Positions 45,732 through 57,120 of a stretch of 64,000 bases of DNA are shown one piece after another. Made by a program: the position numbers and the translations under genes. The stretch spans positions 744,001-808,000 of the forward strand of contig BROI01000012.1 in NCBI GenBank assembly GCA_027923505.1, in the 5' to 3' direction. The notes beneath the pieces were generated by a model. It did not search any database and was not told the DNA's origin. It worked only from the letters and a program-made list of their open reading frames with translations. Position 1 is the first letter of the stretch; each line of letters starts with the position of its first letter. The DNA is from Mayamaea pseudoterrestris (lineage: Eukaryota).

Positions 45732-46373
45732 ATGGATCGTCTACGCAATCTATTTGAATCAAGAATGGATTCTGCACCGCAAGTGGTACATTGCCCTGGT
45801 CGGCAAGGGTTCCGCCCACCTCCGCTAAAGACGACAAATTTGAGCTACGACGACGACGAGACCTTCGGCAGAGTCGCTCTCAGCTTACTTTCCAGGCATA
45901 CTGGATACGGACTCTCCGTTAGTGATGCCATCAAAACAACATTCCCCAAACCCGAAGATCGCCTTGTGTTTCTCGAAAACCTCCATCACCGCACCTGTCC
46001 ATCAACGAACCTCTCGCCAAACACCTCTTCGCTAGTCGACCAAGTAGAAAAAACGTTCGGAAAGGAACTCCGTAAGATTGCTCAGCAAGAGAATGTTAAC
46101 TTGAAACGCCACGTTTGTGACTCGTTGCCGCGCAGCACCAGCATCAACAGCGTTGGAACAAATTCATCGCAAAGTTCCAAATCGCAGCCAAAGCGGCACA
46201 AGAGTCGGCGCTTCTTCGCCGACTGCGACAACGTTTTGTTTCGCAGCAGAAAGGTGCAGAACATTGACTTTCGTCTCGTGGAAGCGATCTCGCAGGTCCA
46301 GTCGCTGTGCCTGGATGGCACGACGCCCAGAGCGGCTGTTGCGTCGGGTGGCTACGAAGCTCCTTCCATGTAA
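45732..46373 (+). CDS. Hypothetical protein
   Basis: ATG-started 213-aa ORF between genes; no family recognised. Confidence 0.55.
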   Translation: MDRLRNLFESRMDSAPQVVHCPGRQGFRPPPLKTTNLSYDDDETFGRVALSLLSRHTGYGLSVSDAIKTTFPKPEDRLVFLENLHHRTCPSTNLSPNTSSLVDQVEKTFGKELRKIAQQENVNLKRHVCDSLPRSTSINSVGTNSSQSSKSQPKRHKSRRFFADCDNVLFRSRKVQNIDFRLVEAISQVQSLCLDGTTPRAAVASGGYEAPSM

Positions 46374-46789
46374 GGGATGTCCTCGGGGATAGAACATTGC
46401 CTTTCATATTATATCATAAAAACAAACAAGCACATCGCTTCGTAGCAATAAGCTACATTTGCTACACACGATGGAGCCATATTGCACTTTGTCTTGGTAG
46501 TGTAGGTGGTACATACATGAATGCCCAAAAACATCTTCTTATACTTGCAAAATACAAGTTGTCGTGGTCTAGCTGATAAAAGTTGCCTTATTATTTGTGC
46601 TAATAGTTCCCCGAAGCGTCGACCACCGGTACTCGCATGTCATTTTAAACAGTGTTGTCGCAACACAAATGACTACGTTCGCATAACTTGTCGAATGAAC
46701 TATGTCGTCATTTTTACCAAAAGTCCATACGTGATCCTATCCATGCATTAATGAACTTAATTAATGATCAGATATCAAATAAATGTTGA

Positions 46790-49786
46790 CTACACGAGAG
46801 CAGCCGGCGCATCATACTTTGGTGCGGTGTACCCAGACGGCGACTTGTTGGTGTCGGTCCCGTCGCCGGTCTCAACTTCATGGCACTGGTTAACACGCAC
46901 GCCCGCTGGAAGACCCGTCTTTGAGCAACAAACAGCTTCGTAATCATCATAGTTGGCGGTATGCCTTGACATTTGCGCGATTGTACACGGAAGTGCAATC
47001 GTCGAAACATAAATATCTTCGAGGTCGCTACAGCGATGCTCTCGAATCATAAATTTCTCTCGGATACTGCTGCGGGTCGATTGAGTGATGAAAACAAGGA
47101 ACGCAATCATGGAGAAATTTACGAGCGCAATAGCACTGATATCGGCGAATGTCAGGTTCAAACCTCGACTCCACTTGTAATTGCATCCTGCCATTAGGCC
47201 GATATTCATCAGAAACCAGGACACAAGTACAGTGAGAAGTGTCGTTCGATTGGGCACTGGAGGAGGAGCTCCTTCTTCAAGTGGACGACCCAAAAAGTCG
47301 AGCCCGACTCGAGTTTGAATCTGCCAGAGCGATGTCAATGGACAAATGATGGGATTCCAGAAGACAGGGTGACAGCAGCCATATGCGCATACATTGCCCA
47401 TACTATCTTTCCAGTATCCGACAGGAATATCAATGGCGACTGAATCCAACTCGCGCATGTAGCAGGTAAACGTCTCGCCTTGCTTGACACCACCTGCTGG
47501 GACCGTAGCTAGGAACCGCTTGCCTTCCAATTCTGCTTCGAAATGGTAACCTCCAGGAAGATCGGCTGGAGCAACGACATCCACCATCGGAACATCGTAG
47601 CTTAATTCCTGCTTCCACTGCATGTGATCATTGGATGGTGATGCCGGCGTTGTAGCTACTTTTGGTGATATAGGTGTCGTAACCGTCTTGATTGACAAAG
47701 CACTAGCACTAGGATCGTAATCTTTTTGAGACTCGTGCAAGCGCCCGGGTGCCGTGACAGCCTTCACCAATGATGGATTTGCGATGACAAGCTGTTGGTT
47801 GTCATGCGCGGTCGACATGGGCTGCAGATGGGCAGCAGGTGGTAAAGGCTCTTCTGACACTAGCACAGTCTGCTCCATCGTTGTCATAGACTCGTTATCT
47901 AGATAGTCGTCGTCAATTGCGCGAATACGATCATGCAGTTCTGTCACGTGTTCCTCCCAGAACGCAACTGTCTCGGGACTCTTTGACTGGGATATGAGAA
48001 CTTGAGCCTCTCGTATCTCGGCGTATAGTTGTTCCTTTGCTAAAGTCTTCGTCTCCTCCAGCGTCATTTCGCGATCATGTCGAAACGCGTTGATGGGACT
48101 TGTCGCGACAGACTCGGAGAACGTGTGCTGAACAGACATTGAAAGGTGCTGCTTTTGGCGCTCAAGTGCGGCCTTGGTTGCTGACTGTTCAGGATCACAC
48201 TTGCCGCCGAAACCGAAACCGACGAAGGGATTCATACTGCTGAAGAAGCCACCCGCATTGCTTACTGGCGAAAGATTCTCGTCCGGTCGCGCCACATCGT
48301 TCGTGGTAAGATCATTGCTTAGACTTGGAATCTTAAATCCGAACATAGACGTTGCCTTTGTAGCACTTTGCGACACGAGGTCTTCTTCCTCAATCACATA
48401 AGCTGCGATCTGTTCCAGTGACTTTGGTGGCTTGCTTGTGATGAGGCTTGAAGGTTCGGAATGCGACGGAACTGGAGAGATTCGGGCAGGGCCGGCCGAT
48501 CGATTGCTGCGCTGAGAATTTGAGGACACCTTGGAAGCTAGTGCCGGTATCGTACTGTTTTCAGGAATCGTCGTCGCCAAACTGACTTCCTCTGAAGCCA
48601 ACAGTCGCACATCTTCAATTTCATCGACCTTTTCAGGCTGAGCACACGCTTCCGCGTCGACGGGAACGTAGCTCGCCTCATTGCTGTAGCTGGCAGCTAC
48701 CAGGCTGATCTTGCTTTCCGCGGACCGAGCTGTAAGATTATGGCGAAGGCCTGCCAGGCCAATCTTGCTCTCCGTGGACCGAGCAGTAAGATTCTTGTGA
48801 AGGCTGTTGAGTGACGTTGCTGTAGGGTTCTTGTTCAATGTACCGGCTGAAGATTCGTCTGAAGGAATATTTGCCTCTCGATCGCTATGCTTTGATGCCA
48901 CTTGTGCCTCCTCGGCTTGTTCATCCAGCAATGACTGGACAGGAATATAGATGGGCTCGTCACCTATGTTTGCTGCTGCCAGGATGGGGTTCATTCGTCC
49001 ATCTCGATTGACGCCCAGCTCATGACACTGCAGGGTCAATATGTCGATTGGTGACTTGGCCTTGGGCGAAGTATTCGCCAAGCGATAAATGACGGCATCG
49101 ATAAAATCCAGGCGAAGCATCTCGGGCAGGACGCGCTCCATTCGAATGCGATCCTCTGGTTGCAAAACAATGTAACATCCGTCCGGAGTGAGCTTGGTCT
49201 GGAGAAAATCAATGAGCAAGTTGGCAAGCACATGGAAGGAGTTATCGTTGTGGTGGAGATCGAGTGGCGTTCGCTGGGCGGAACTCGCTGTTTGGTTTCC
49301 GTAAGATGTCATGGATGGTTTGGATGACATGAAGCTCCACAAACCACCTTCTTGGCTGTGAGCCTGGTCAATTTGCTCGCCACCCGGTGTACAGGACTTT
49401 GGCGAGATCGACTGCATCAACATCTCTGCTGCTGCATTGGCTCCCTTCATAAATTCGTCCATACTTGAGCCTTGGACGACGTCGTCCATGGAGAATTTTC
49501 CGTCCATGAACGAGAGGGGCGATCGAACCCGTTCCTGCTTCTTGCCTTGTTTGCTCGGCATTGTGACGGCTGTGGCACCTCCAATCTGCGTGAAAACTTC
49601 CTCATCCTCAGCCGTTTGAATCATGCTGACAGATCTCCGACTCTGCGTGCCAACGCTTGCTCCACTAGATGGATTCGCGCTACGAGGGCTCAATGGCCGA
49701 TGGCCCATGCGCTTGGCCGTCAACTGCGTTGGGCTTTTGAAAGCATTGCTTGCTTCGGACTCGAGACTACGAATGCTTCGACTCAT
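46790..49786 (-). CDS. Large protein with C-terminal PLAC8-like domain
   Basis: About 1000 aa; mostly disordered N-terminus; C-terminal GYWKD...CCHP, TRSSIREKFMI and LEDIYVSTIALPCTIAQMSRHT. Confidence 0.85.
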   Translation of the reverse strand: MSRSIRSLESEASNAFKSPTQLTAKRMGHRPLSPRSANPSSGASVGTQSRRSVSMIQTAEDEEVFTQIGGATAVTMPSKQGKKQERVRSPLSFMDGKFSMDDVVQGSSMDEFMKGANAAAEMLMQSISPKSCTPGGEQIDQAHSQEGGLWSFMSSKPSMTSYGNQTASSAQRTPLDLHHNDNSFHVLANLLIDFLQTKLTPDGCYIVLQPEDRIRMERVLPEMLRLDFIDAVIYRLANTSPKAKSPIDILTLQCHELGVNRDGRMNPILAAANIGDEPIYIPVQSLLDEQAEEAQVASKHSDREANIPSDESSAGTLNKNPTATSLNSLHKNLTARSTESKIGLAGLRHNLTARSAESKISLVAASYSNEASYVPVDAEACAQPEKVDEIEDVRLLASEEVSLATTIPENSTIPALASKVSSNSQRSNRSAGPARISPVPSHSEPSSLITSKPPKSLEQIAAYVIEEEDLVSQSATKATSMFGFKIPSLSNDLTTNDVARPDENLSPVSNAGGFFSSMNPFVGFGFGGKCDPEQSATKAALERQKQHLSMSVQHTFSESVATSPINAFRHDREMTLEETKTLAKEQLYAEIREAQVLISQSKSPETVAFWEEHVTELHDRIRAIDDDYLDNESMTTMEQTVLVSEEPLPPAAHLQPMSTAHDNQQLVIANPSLVKAVTAPGRLHESQKDYDPSASALSIKTVTTPISPKVATTPASPSNDHMQWKQELSYDVPMVDVVAPADLPGGYHFEAELEGKRFLATVPAGGVKQGETFTCYMRELDSVAIDIPVGYWKDSMGNVCAYGCCHPVFWNPIICPLTSLWQIQTRVGLDFLGRPLEEGAPPPVPNRTTLLTVLVSWFLMNIGLMAGCNYKWSRGLNLTFADISAIALVNFSMIAFLVFITQSTRSSIREKFMIREHRCSDLEDIYVSTIALPCTIAQMSRHTANYDDYEAVCCSKTGLPAGVRVNQCHEVETGDGTDTNKSPSGYTAPKYDAPAALV

Positions 49787-50248
49787 GGTCAACTTGCTAA
49801 CAAGCGACGAGGTTATCCTGGTCTACTACTTGAGGTACTTGAGCAAACGAAGATGGTGCAACCCTCGCTCCTCTTGGACTTTTTAGCGGACGGAAGCTTT
49901 GGCGATGGATCGAACTTGTGAGTGGAGGTGCGATATTTGGCACGTGCTTCTGTGGCTTGGAGAGTAGGGGGCACACACACTTTCCATGTCGCGAGTCATG
50001 CTGGCGCGCTTTGGCGATTGACACAAAGTAATTGATGGTGCGACGTGATTGATGAGTCATCAGCCGCCAAATGCATCGATCGACCATGGCAGTCGATGAT
50101 TGACGAGACGCTTGTTGCGCAAAGTCAAGTCGTAGGCCTTGCTGTTCATCTACGTACCAAGTTTGAATAAGGGCAACGAAGGCGCCAATACCGCTACTTA
50201 CAATTGCGAGGAGCCGGGCCAACGAAAGCGAAGATTCGACGAACAAAA

Positions 50249-50939
50249 ATGAAGTACCATATGCTTCCAACCGCGTCTTATTTCATCTTGGTAGTGCTCC
50301 TCCATTCTGCTCTCGGATGGGGTTGGGGTGGAGATGGTGCTGATAAGAGCAATCCCCTTTGCCAATCACCGTGCGTTCCAGGAAGTGAAGAAATCATGTC
50401 GCAAAAGGAACACGGAACCAGTCGAACTCCTGTGCAAGAAAATCTTCGCTGGGGCTGCGATGGCGCAACGGCCGATCGTATTTGCAACTACAATAGACAT
50501 TACGCCGAGTATTCTGGCTACTGGGAGACAACCAGTTTTCTCAGTGAGTCAACTGGAACGACGGAACCAGTCACATTCTATGACTCCAACACTGGAAAGC
50601 CACTTTTTAAGGCGCCCAAGGGTAGGAGTTGGACGCAGTTTTTGGAGGAGTCGAGAAGTCATGGCTGGCCCAGTTTTCGAGATGACGAAGTCGACTGGAA
50701 TAATGTTCGCGTGCTGAGCAATGGAGAGACGGTGAGCATCGATGGAACGCATCTCGGTATGTGCACGTTACGCGAGAACGAAAGCGCTTGCTGAATGGAT
50801 ATGTATACTCATCAATGTCGTTTGATTCCTTCACTGACGCTCATCAGGCCATAACTTGCCAGACAAAAATGGTAATCGATATTGTATTAATCTTGTGAGT
50901 ATCGCTGGCCATCCACCAAAGAAATGGAAGCGTAAGTAG
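50249..50939 (+). CDS. Methionine-R-sulfoxide reductase (MsrB/SelR)-like protein with signal peptide, 2 exons
   Basis: Exons 50249-50756 and 50848-50939; HGWPSF, GTHLGHNLPD and RYCINL. Confidence 0.85.
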
Positions 50940-52124
50940 TACATTGAAAGCGAGTTTGCTAAAACGAATATGAAGATTGTAATATACATATGCTTACAGA
51001 AGAGAATTTGGTAAGAAGAGGAATTATAGAGCGAGTACTCAATTGTCCCATTATGTAAATCACGTTGCCTCTTTAACAAGTACATATTTTCAGTCAGCAT
51101 GTACACTTAGGACGAACAAGTGACATGCGACGCGAGCATTATGACCACACTCTCGTCCTTAGTATAAAGCTATCGTCGCTTCCATCAAAACGTTTATTGT
51201 TGATCATTTGAACCGCACCAACTCTTGTCTCCAGTGCCCACTGGCACGGCGAGCACACTCTTGGTGAACATTTAGTCAAGGCGGCTGTTGATGTATGTAT
51301 GCATCGGTTCCCAGTTGCTTCGCAGTCACCAATAACACCAGAAGATTTGGGTAAATTGATGCTGCCGTGATTGCCTGTTGCGTTCACCTCTCTGGTCATC
51401 CAGTCATCTAGCATGAAGAGCGTCGCCCACTCTGCTTAGACCATTGTATGACCTTCCTCCATGACTATCTCAAATACACTCCAAAGTAGCCATCTAACGT
51501 TGAACGATAATCTTTCGCCACATGTGATACCGGTCACGGCGGCGTGTGCGGAAGAGCATTGCGGCTGCAATCTTGCTGATACCAAAAACGTCACCAAATA
51601 AGGCGTCGACTGATGCTCCTCTTGCTTGGATCATGAAAAGAATATCCTGAATATCCTTGGTTGACAAATGTAACGAAGCATGAAGGAAAGAGCGGCTGCA
51701 CATCTCCCCTTCACATGTGTGAGCAACGATGCAACGATTGCACCGCCCTGACGGCGAACTCAGCATTGAATGATACGCGTTCAATTATTGGTATACCAGC
51801 TCGGAACGCCACAATGAAAAGATATCGTCGAGTTGGTGGAGCGATATGGCTCATGGACGCGGAGAGCGGCATTATTGCGGATCTGACCGTATGTGCGAAT
51901 TGCGGAGTGCCCGCTTCGCCGATCGAACTGTCAAACTTTCGCGCCTGAAAAGCTACTGCAGAGCAATCGTAACGTCGTCTTGAGGTTTACTGCTTGTGGC
52001 CATGATCAAAAAAGCGAACACAAGCCTCTCAATTTGAGCTTTGTTTTCATTTGCGACAACTGACTCGTTGCTCGAACAAGCGTTCCCGCGCGTCATGACT
52101 TCGTGTACCGGTACGATTGTCGTT

Positions 52125-52384
52125 ACTGTGAATCAAACAGTAGTGCCAAAAACTTTGATTTTCAACGGACGATGACTGTGGCTCAAACAGTAGTGCCAAA
52201 AACTTTGATTTTCAACGGACGTATTGACTGTGGTTCAAACAGTAGTGCCAAAAACTTTGATTTTCAACGGACGGCGACTGTGGCTCAAAGAGTAGTGCCA
52301 AAAACTTTGATTTTCAACGGACGGCGACTGTGGCTCAACCAGTTGTGCCAAAAATCAGAGTTTTTGGCACTATGCACTATCTAG
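52125..52384 (+). mobile_element. 50-bp tandem array (about 4.5 units) ending in hairpin plus CTAG; candidate non-autonomous Helitron-like element
   Basis: Units ACTGTGGCTCAAACAGTAGTGCCAAAAACTTTGATTTTCAACGGACG(G/A)(C/T)G start at 52125, 52175, 52227, 52277 and 52327; hairpin GTGCCAAAAA-tcagag-TTTTTGGCAC (52345-52370), then 10 nt and CTAG followed by T. The repeat is certain; the Helitron call is tentative. Confidence 0.5.
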
Positions 52385-52544
52385 TATTTATCATTATGAA
52401 TACAGTGACTATAAAGTAGAATGTACTTTGAAGTCGGCGTCGTCTCGCATGAAGTCACCATGAGAATCTGCAGACTAACTGTAAACAATACAACCGCGTG
52501 ACAATTGTAACAAACTACGACGGAAGTAAGTTACGCTTATAGGT

Positions 52545-53195
52545 ATGAGCGGCCTCGCTCGCTTACATGATGACGATGAAGTCCCCTTATACGATACAAG
52601 TCGCGAGCGCGAAATGCTTGACGAACAAGCCAACCTTTTTTCCATCATCGTCGCCACGGAACACTTGGAGCGAGCGTATGCAAGAGACGCTATTTCGCAG
52701 CAGGAATATACGACGCAATGCAAGAAATTAATTAGTCAATTTAAATTAGCAGAGCGAGTCATTCGAGGCTACAACATGACGACGGAACGCTTCATGGAGG
52801 TTTACCAGTTGGATTGTCCACGAGCCAGTGAGCGACTCTTGAAAATGGGCGTGCCGGAACCAATCAAGGGAGGAGCGGATGAAGCGAGTCACGCCGTGAC
52901 TGTCGCAGAGACGGTGCAGCATTTCATCACGGCCATGGATGCCGTCAAGCTGGAGCAGCGAGCGGTCGATGAGCTGCAGCCTTTGTTGAGCGATTTGATG
53001 GATGTTTTGACGCGAGTTCCGGAGACTCCCAATGACTTTGAACCAAACAGAAAGATTAAAAAGTGGCTTGAAAAGCTCAACGCGATGCGAGCAGTGGATG
53101 AGATTGATGAGGAAGATTCTAGACAGTTGTACCATGATTTGGACTCGGCGTACGCGGAATTTACTCGATACTTGAAGAGAGGTCAGACTTCATAA
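52545..53195 (+). CDS. VPS28: ESCRT-I subunit VPS28
   Basis: LFSIIVATEHLERAY, EYTTQCKKLISQFK, AETVQHFITAMDAVKL, DELQPLLSDL and RQLYHDLDSAY. Confidence 0.96.
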   Translation: MSGLARLHDDDEVPLYDTSREREMLDEQANLFSIIVATEHLERAYARDAISQQEYTTQCKKLISQFKLAERVIRGYNMTTERFMEVYQLDCPRASERLLKMGVPEPIKGGADEASHAVTVAETVQHFITAMDAVKLEQRAVDELQPLLSDLMDVLTRVPETPNDFEPNRKIKKWLEKLNAMRAVDEIDEEDSRQLYHDLDSAYAEFTRYLKRGQTS

Positions 53196-53426
53196 AAAAT
53201 CATTACTTCTATCATAGAAACTATTTTACCCAAGAATGTTTCGTTATTTGTAAAAGTAAGATGTTTACGAGAAAACTGCGTCGCAAATTGATCGGTTGAC
53301 ATTACGCTGCGTCATCCACCTCCATTATCCTTACAAGTGGACATCATAAGCAAACAAATGCAATGCAGACACATAGCATGTATTTTATTAGCCTATTATA
53401 TCACTTAAACATGAGAGAGCCTAACT

Positions 53427-54956
53427 TTACATCTGGTCCGGCTTGATGGACGTTGGTGTAGCCTTGTCGTTCACCGGAATGAAGCGCCATACGACAGCGA
53501 GGAGACTTCCGACTAGCGCCATCCAGACGACGCTCACCGCTGAGGGGATTCTCACTAGATACTCTCCAAAATGTAGCTTCGCCAGTAAAAACGCAAACGC
53601 ACTACTCTTCATTGATGTTTCAATGGCCATGGTCCTTGAGGTGGTCTCATCGAAGCCTGTGACGCGTGGCAAGAAATATCCCACCAAACCGCCAACCAAA
53701 TGGAGCAACAAGACCGGCATCTGCAGCGACAGGCCGGCCTTCAAAATTGGATCTGCCACTTGCGCAACGGCACTGGCCACCAAAAGACACGTGGAGACGA
53801 CACCGACAACGGGCGCGAAGGGAAGAATCTTCTTAACAAGCTTGGGAAAGAACTTGTTGGCAGTCATACCGGCCAAGATTGGAACAAGCACAACCTGAAA
53901 AAAATAAACGAAGAAATTTAATGAGAACAGCAATTAATAAAGCAATGACGACAACTATATGACTCTCTGTTTGTGGCATTTCGATGTGCAGGCTGATTAG
54001 TGTATAGGCAGCACTTACTTGAATCGTCGACTTGGCGATACCCGCCGCATCCACTGGCACCACTGCTCCCAGCAGCAGCTTACACAGCAAGGGCGTCATG
54101 AAGATTGCTCCAACCGTCGTCGCCGTGGTCATGAGCACACTGAGCGCCACGTTACCCTTGGCAATGTAGGTGCAAAGGTTGCTCGCCTGTCCACCGTTGA
54201 TGCTTCCGACCAAGACCATGCCAGCAATCAAGGCCTTGTTCAATCCAAAGGCCTTTCCAAGTCCCAACGCCAAACCCGGCATCATGCCGTAGCAAAGGAG
54301 AAACTGCATAATTGTAGGTTTCGGTGTGGCGACGACATCGGAAAAGTCCTTTGGCGTCAAGGTGATACCCATGCTCAACATGAGCGCCGCCAACGCTGCC
54401 GTAAAGTACTCGGTGGTGAACCAGGCAAACGACTGTGGGCTCTTCAAGGCCAGTCCGGTAAAGAGAACGGTCCAGAGTGGAAAGAGTGTCGTTGCAACAT
54501 TGGCAGTCTTTTCGTAAGCCTCGAAAATCTTTTGGCCAGTCGTCTTCTTGTTGCTTGGTGTAAGCTGTGTAGCGATGAAATGTCAACGAATCAATTCAAT
54601 GAGATGAATGACTAAAGTAATTGTGGATTCGTCCGTCACTATAGCGAATACTTACATCATCGGCAGCAGAGCTAAGTGCATCATAGAGGCTCGACTTGGA
54701 CGACACTAAGGGCCGCGAGAGTGACACGGAAGGGTTCCTGTAAACCGGATTCTACGCAGAAGAAAGAGACGAAAAGTTCAGATGAGAAACATGATGACTA
54801 TTCGAGACATATAACGTTTGATGCACTCGCGCATGACCGTAGTCATTGCGAGCAAGTGCTCACCGCGATGGAGGGAGCGATGCGCACCGACGGCGCAAAG
54901 GCTGCACCCAGCGCCGGAAGAACGGCGCAGGCAAGAGCTGCTGTGGAAAACTTCAT
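53427..54956 (-). CDS. Plastid-targeted bile acid:sodium symporter (BASS/SBF family), 4 exons
   Basis: Exons 54956-54864, 54751-54656, 54564-54019 and 53894-53427 splice in frame; presequence MKFSTAALACAVLPALGAA-FAP; MLSMGITL, GGQASNLCTYIAKGNVALSV and RTMAIETSMKSS. Confidence 0.92.
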
Positions 54957-55265
54957 CGCTGGCTAGTGGTGAAAATGTAGTTACTAAGAGGTAATCCAAT
55001 TGTACCCGAGTGCCAAGTACTTTCAAGTAGCAAGATCGGAGGATGGTCAAAGACTTGTCGTCCCATGGCGACGTCCAAGGATCGCGAAATCGCGAGCGAT
55101 GACGTTTCGTTTGTGACGTCGATGTCATAACCGGTGCGATTCCAAAACCAGAACCTTAACTTTCTATCGTCAGCGATGCGTTCCACACGAAACGCACAGC
55201 GCGGTGTTTCCGTGCAGATTTTTCACCATGGCAGCGAGACAGCCAACGACGCTGGCATAGAATGA

Positions 55266-57063
55266 ATGAATTGGTTCCGTGAAACCTCTACGAATACCAG
55301 TGTAGCGCATAAGAAGAGTGACGATTTTGTTACTAGCAGTAACAGTCAGAGCAATCACAAGACGGAAGCGGATCCATTGCTGCTGAAAGCGACGCGAGAA
55401 ACATCGATCACTGCTACAGCGATTCCGACTGCTGCTAATAGCTCGTCGTCGTGGATGCGAGCGAGGCCCGGACGAAGTAACAGCGCCTCGCCCGTGACAC
55501 TGCTACCGTCGAAATATTCTGCAACGAGTCTTCATACAGGTACCATGGAGCAGCAACAACAACAGCAAGCAATTACCGAAGATCATGAAGAGCTTGCTGG
55601 AATATCGGCAACAAGCGCCGCCGACTATGAAGCCATGCAGGATGCAGCTTCCTCGTCTCGACTGCAATCACAACAGCAACCTTCATCACGTCAGCAACAT
55701 CGGCGGACGAGCGCCAGTCACGAGCCATTGCAGCAGCAAATGCACGCTCCCATTCTCGAAATTCCAGAGGAGATTTATGCAATTCGAAAGGCGGCTCTGC
55801 AAGTACTCAAGCCACTCACCAAGACTTGGGTATGTATCTGATCGAATGAATGCAATGTCATAGCTTGTCTCGCTGCAATATCTCGTGACTACGCGTTTCT
55901 ACTGAACTCATGCAGACTGTATCTTTATTCTTTTGGTACAGATTGTCATTTCCGTTGGATTCTCCTTGACGGTCCTCTTTGGATCGGCCCGATGGACACA
56001 ACTCATGCCAAGCATACCCTTTTGGTTTATACTTTTGCCATGTTGGTCGTCGCATGTTGGTTTATTGATTCTGCACTTGTATTCGGCCAAGGCACTTTCG
56101 CAGTTTATAGCACATGCGAATGAGAGTCGACAGCGACCAGACTCGCGCGATCCAGTCAATCGGACGGAATACTTGCCGTTACTGCAACGGTCGCTCAAGT
56201 TTGGTTTCAAGACTGGCGTCTTGTCCTTTCTCATGTTTCTGTTGGAGATTTTGGTTTACATTAGAGTGGCGCGACAGTCGCTATTGCTGGGAGTTGTGTT
56301 TCTGCCGCTGTGGCTGCTAGTGTCGGGAGGCATTCTTGATGGTCTCATTTGCAAGAATCAACACTACTTGCGAGTAATATGCTGGATCATGATGTTCGTT
56401 GCCATGGTGTTGGCCGTGGTAAAAGTGGACTATCACTACGACTTGATTAAATGGCGGATCGTTGTTGCGCCCATTGTGGCTGTCCTGTCGATTGCGTCGG
56501 GAACACTCATTTATATTGTCTTTGGTCATCAAGCTGGCTACTACCGCTTGACGGAGTCACAGCTGACGGCTGGCAATTTGTATTCGCTGGCAGCACTCAT
56601 TTGCATTGTGCTGGTTGTCGTTGTTGGCGAAGTCATGCCGCAGTCGAGACCTGTGGCGGTTGAGACGCAACTGTTTGTCGTCATTTTGGCGCCCTTGGTG
56701 ATTTGTTTAGTAGGCATGGGAGCTTGGGTTGTGAGTCGCGACGAGTTTGCCAGGCTGTTGCTGTATGGCGGCCAATCGACGGTGCATCCAAGGAGGCTAA
56801 AGTGGGAAGCCAAGGGATGGAACTGTGTCCAAGGCAAGGGTGTTGCCATTATTCCAATGTTTGGGGAAGTCAGTTTCCATCCTTTGGAACGCAAGCCGTC
56901 GGAGCATGTCATGGAGCTTTGTGCATGTTGTTCCGGTGCTTGCTATCCGTACGAGGAGGAAGACGAAGAGACGGTGCACTTGACGGAGGACTTGCATTCT
57001 CATCCCTACTTGGACTCGGAGCAACAGCGAACAACATATACGATTGCGCGCGGTGCGTTATAG
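55266..57063 (+). CDS. Multi-pass membrane protein, TMEM185/Fragile-X-F-like, 2 exons
   Basis: Exons 55266-55829 and 55942-57063; repeated W.x.PLW/PCW helix motifs (FWFILLPCW, VFLPLW, WRIVVAP). Family call tentative. Confidence 0.65.
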
Positions 57064-57120
57064 CGCGCTTAAATGATCTGTACAACTCTAGCATAATGAC
57101 ATAAAGTACATCAATATATT

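Noticed and set aside
51100..52100. Short ORFs between MsrB-like gene and the 50-bp array
   Set aside because: No recognisable homology or consistent frame.
52103..52384. 93-aa repetitive ORF
   Set aside because: Translation of the 50-bp array, with frame rotating between units.
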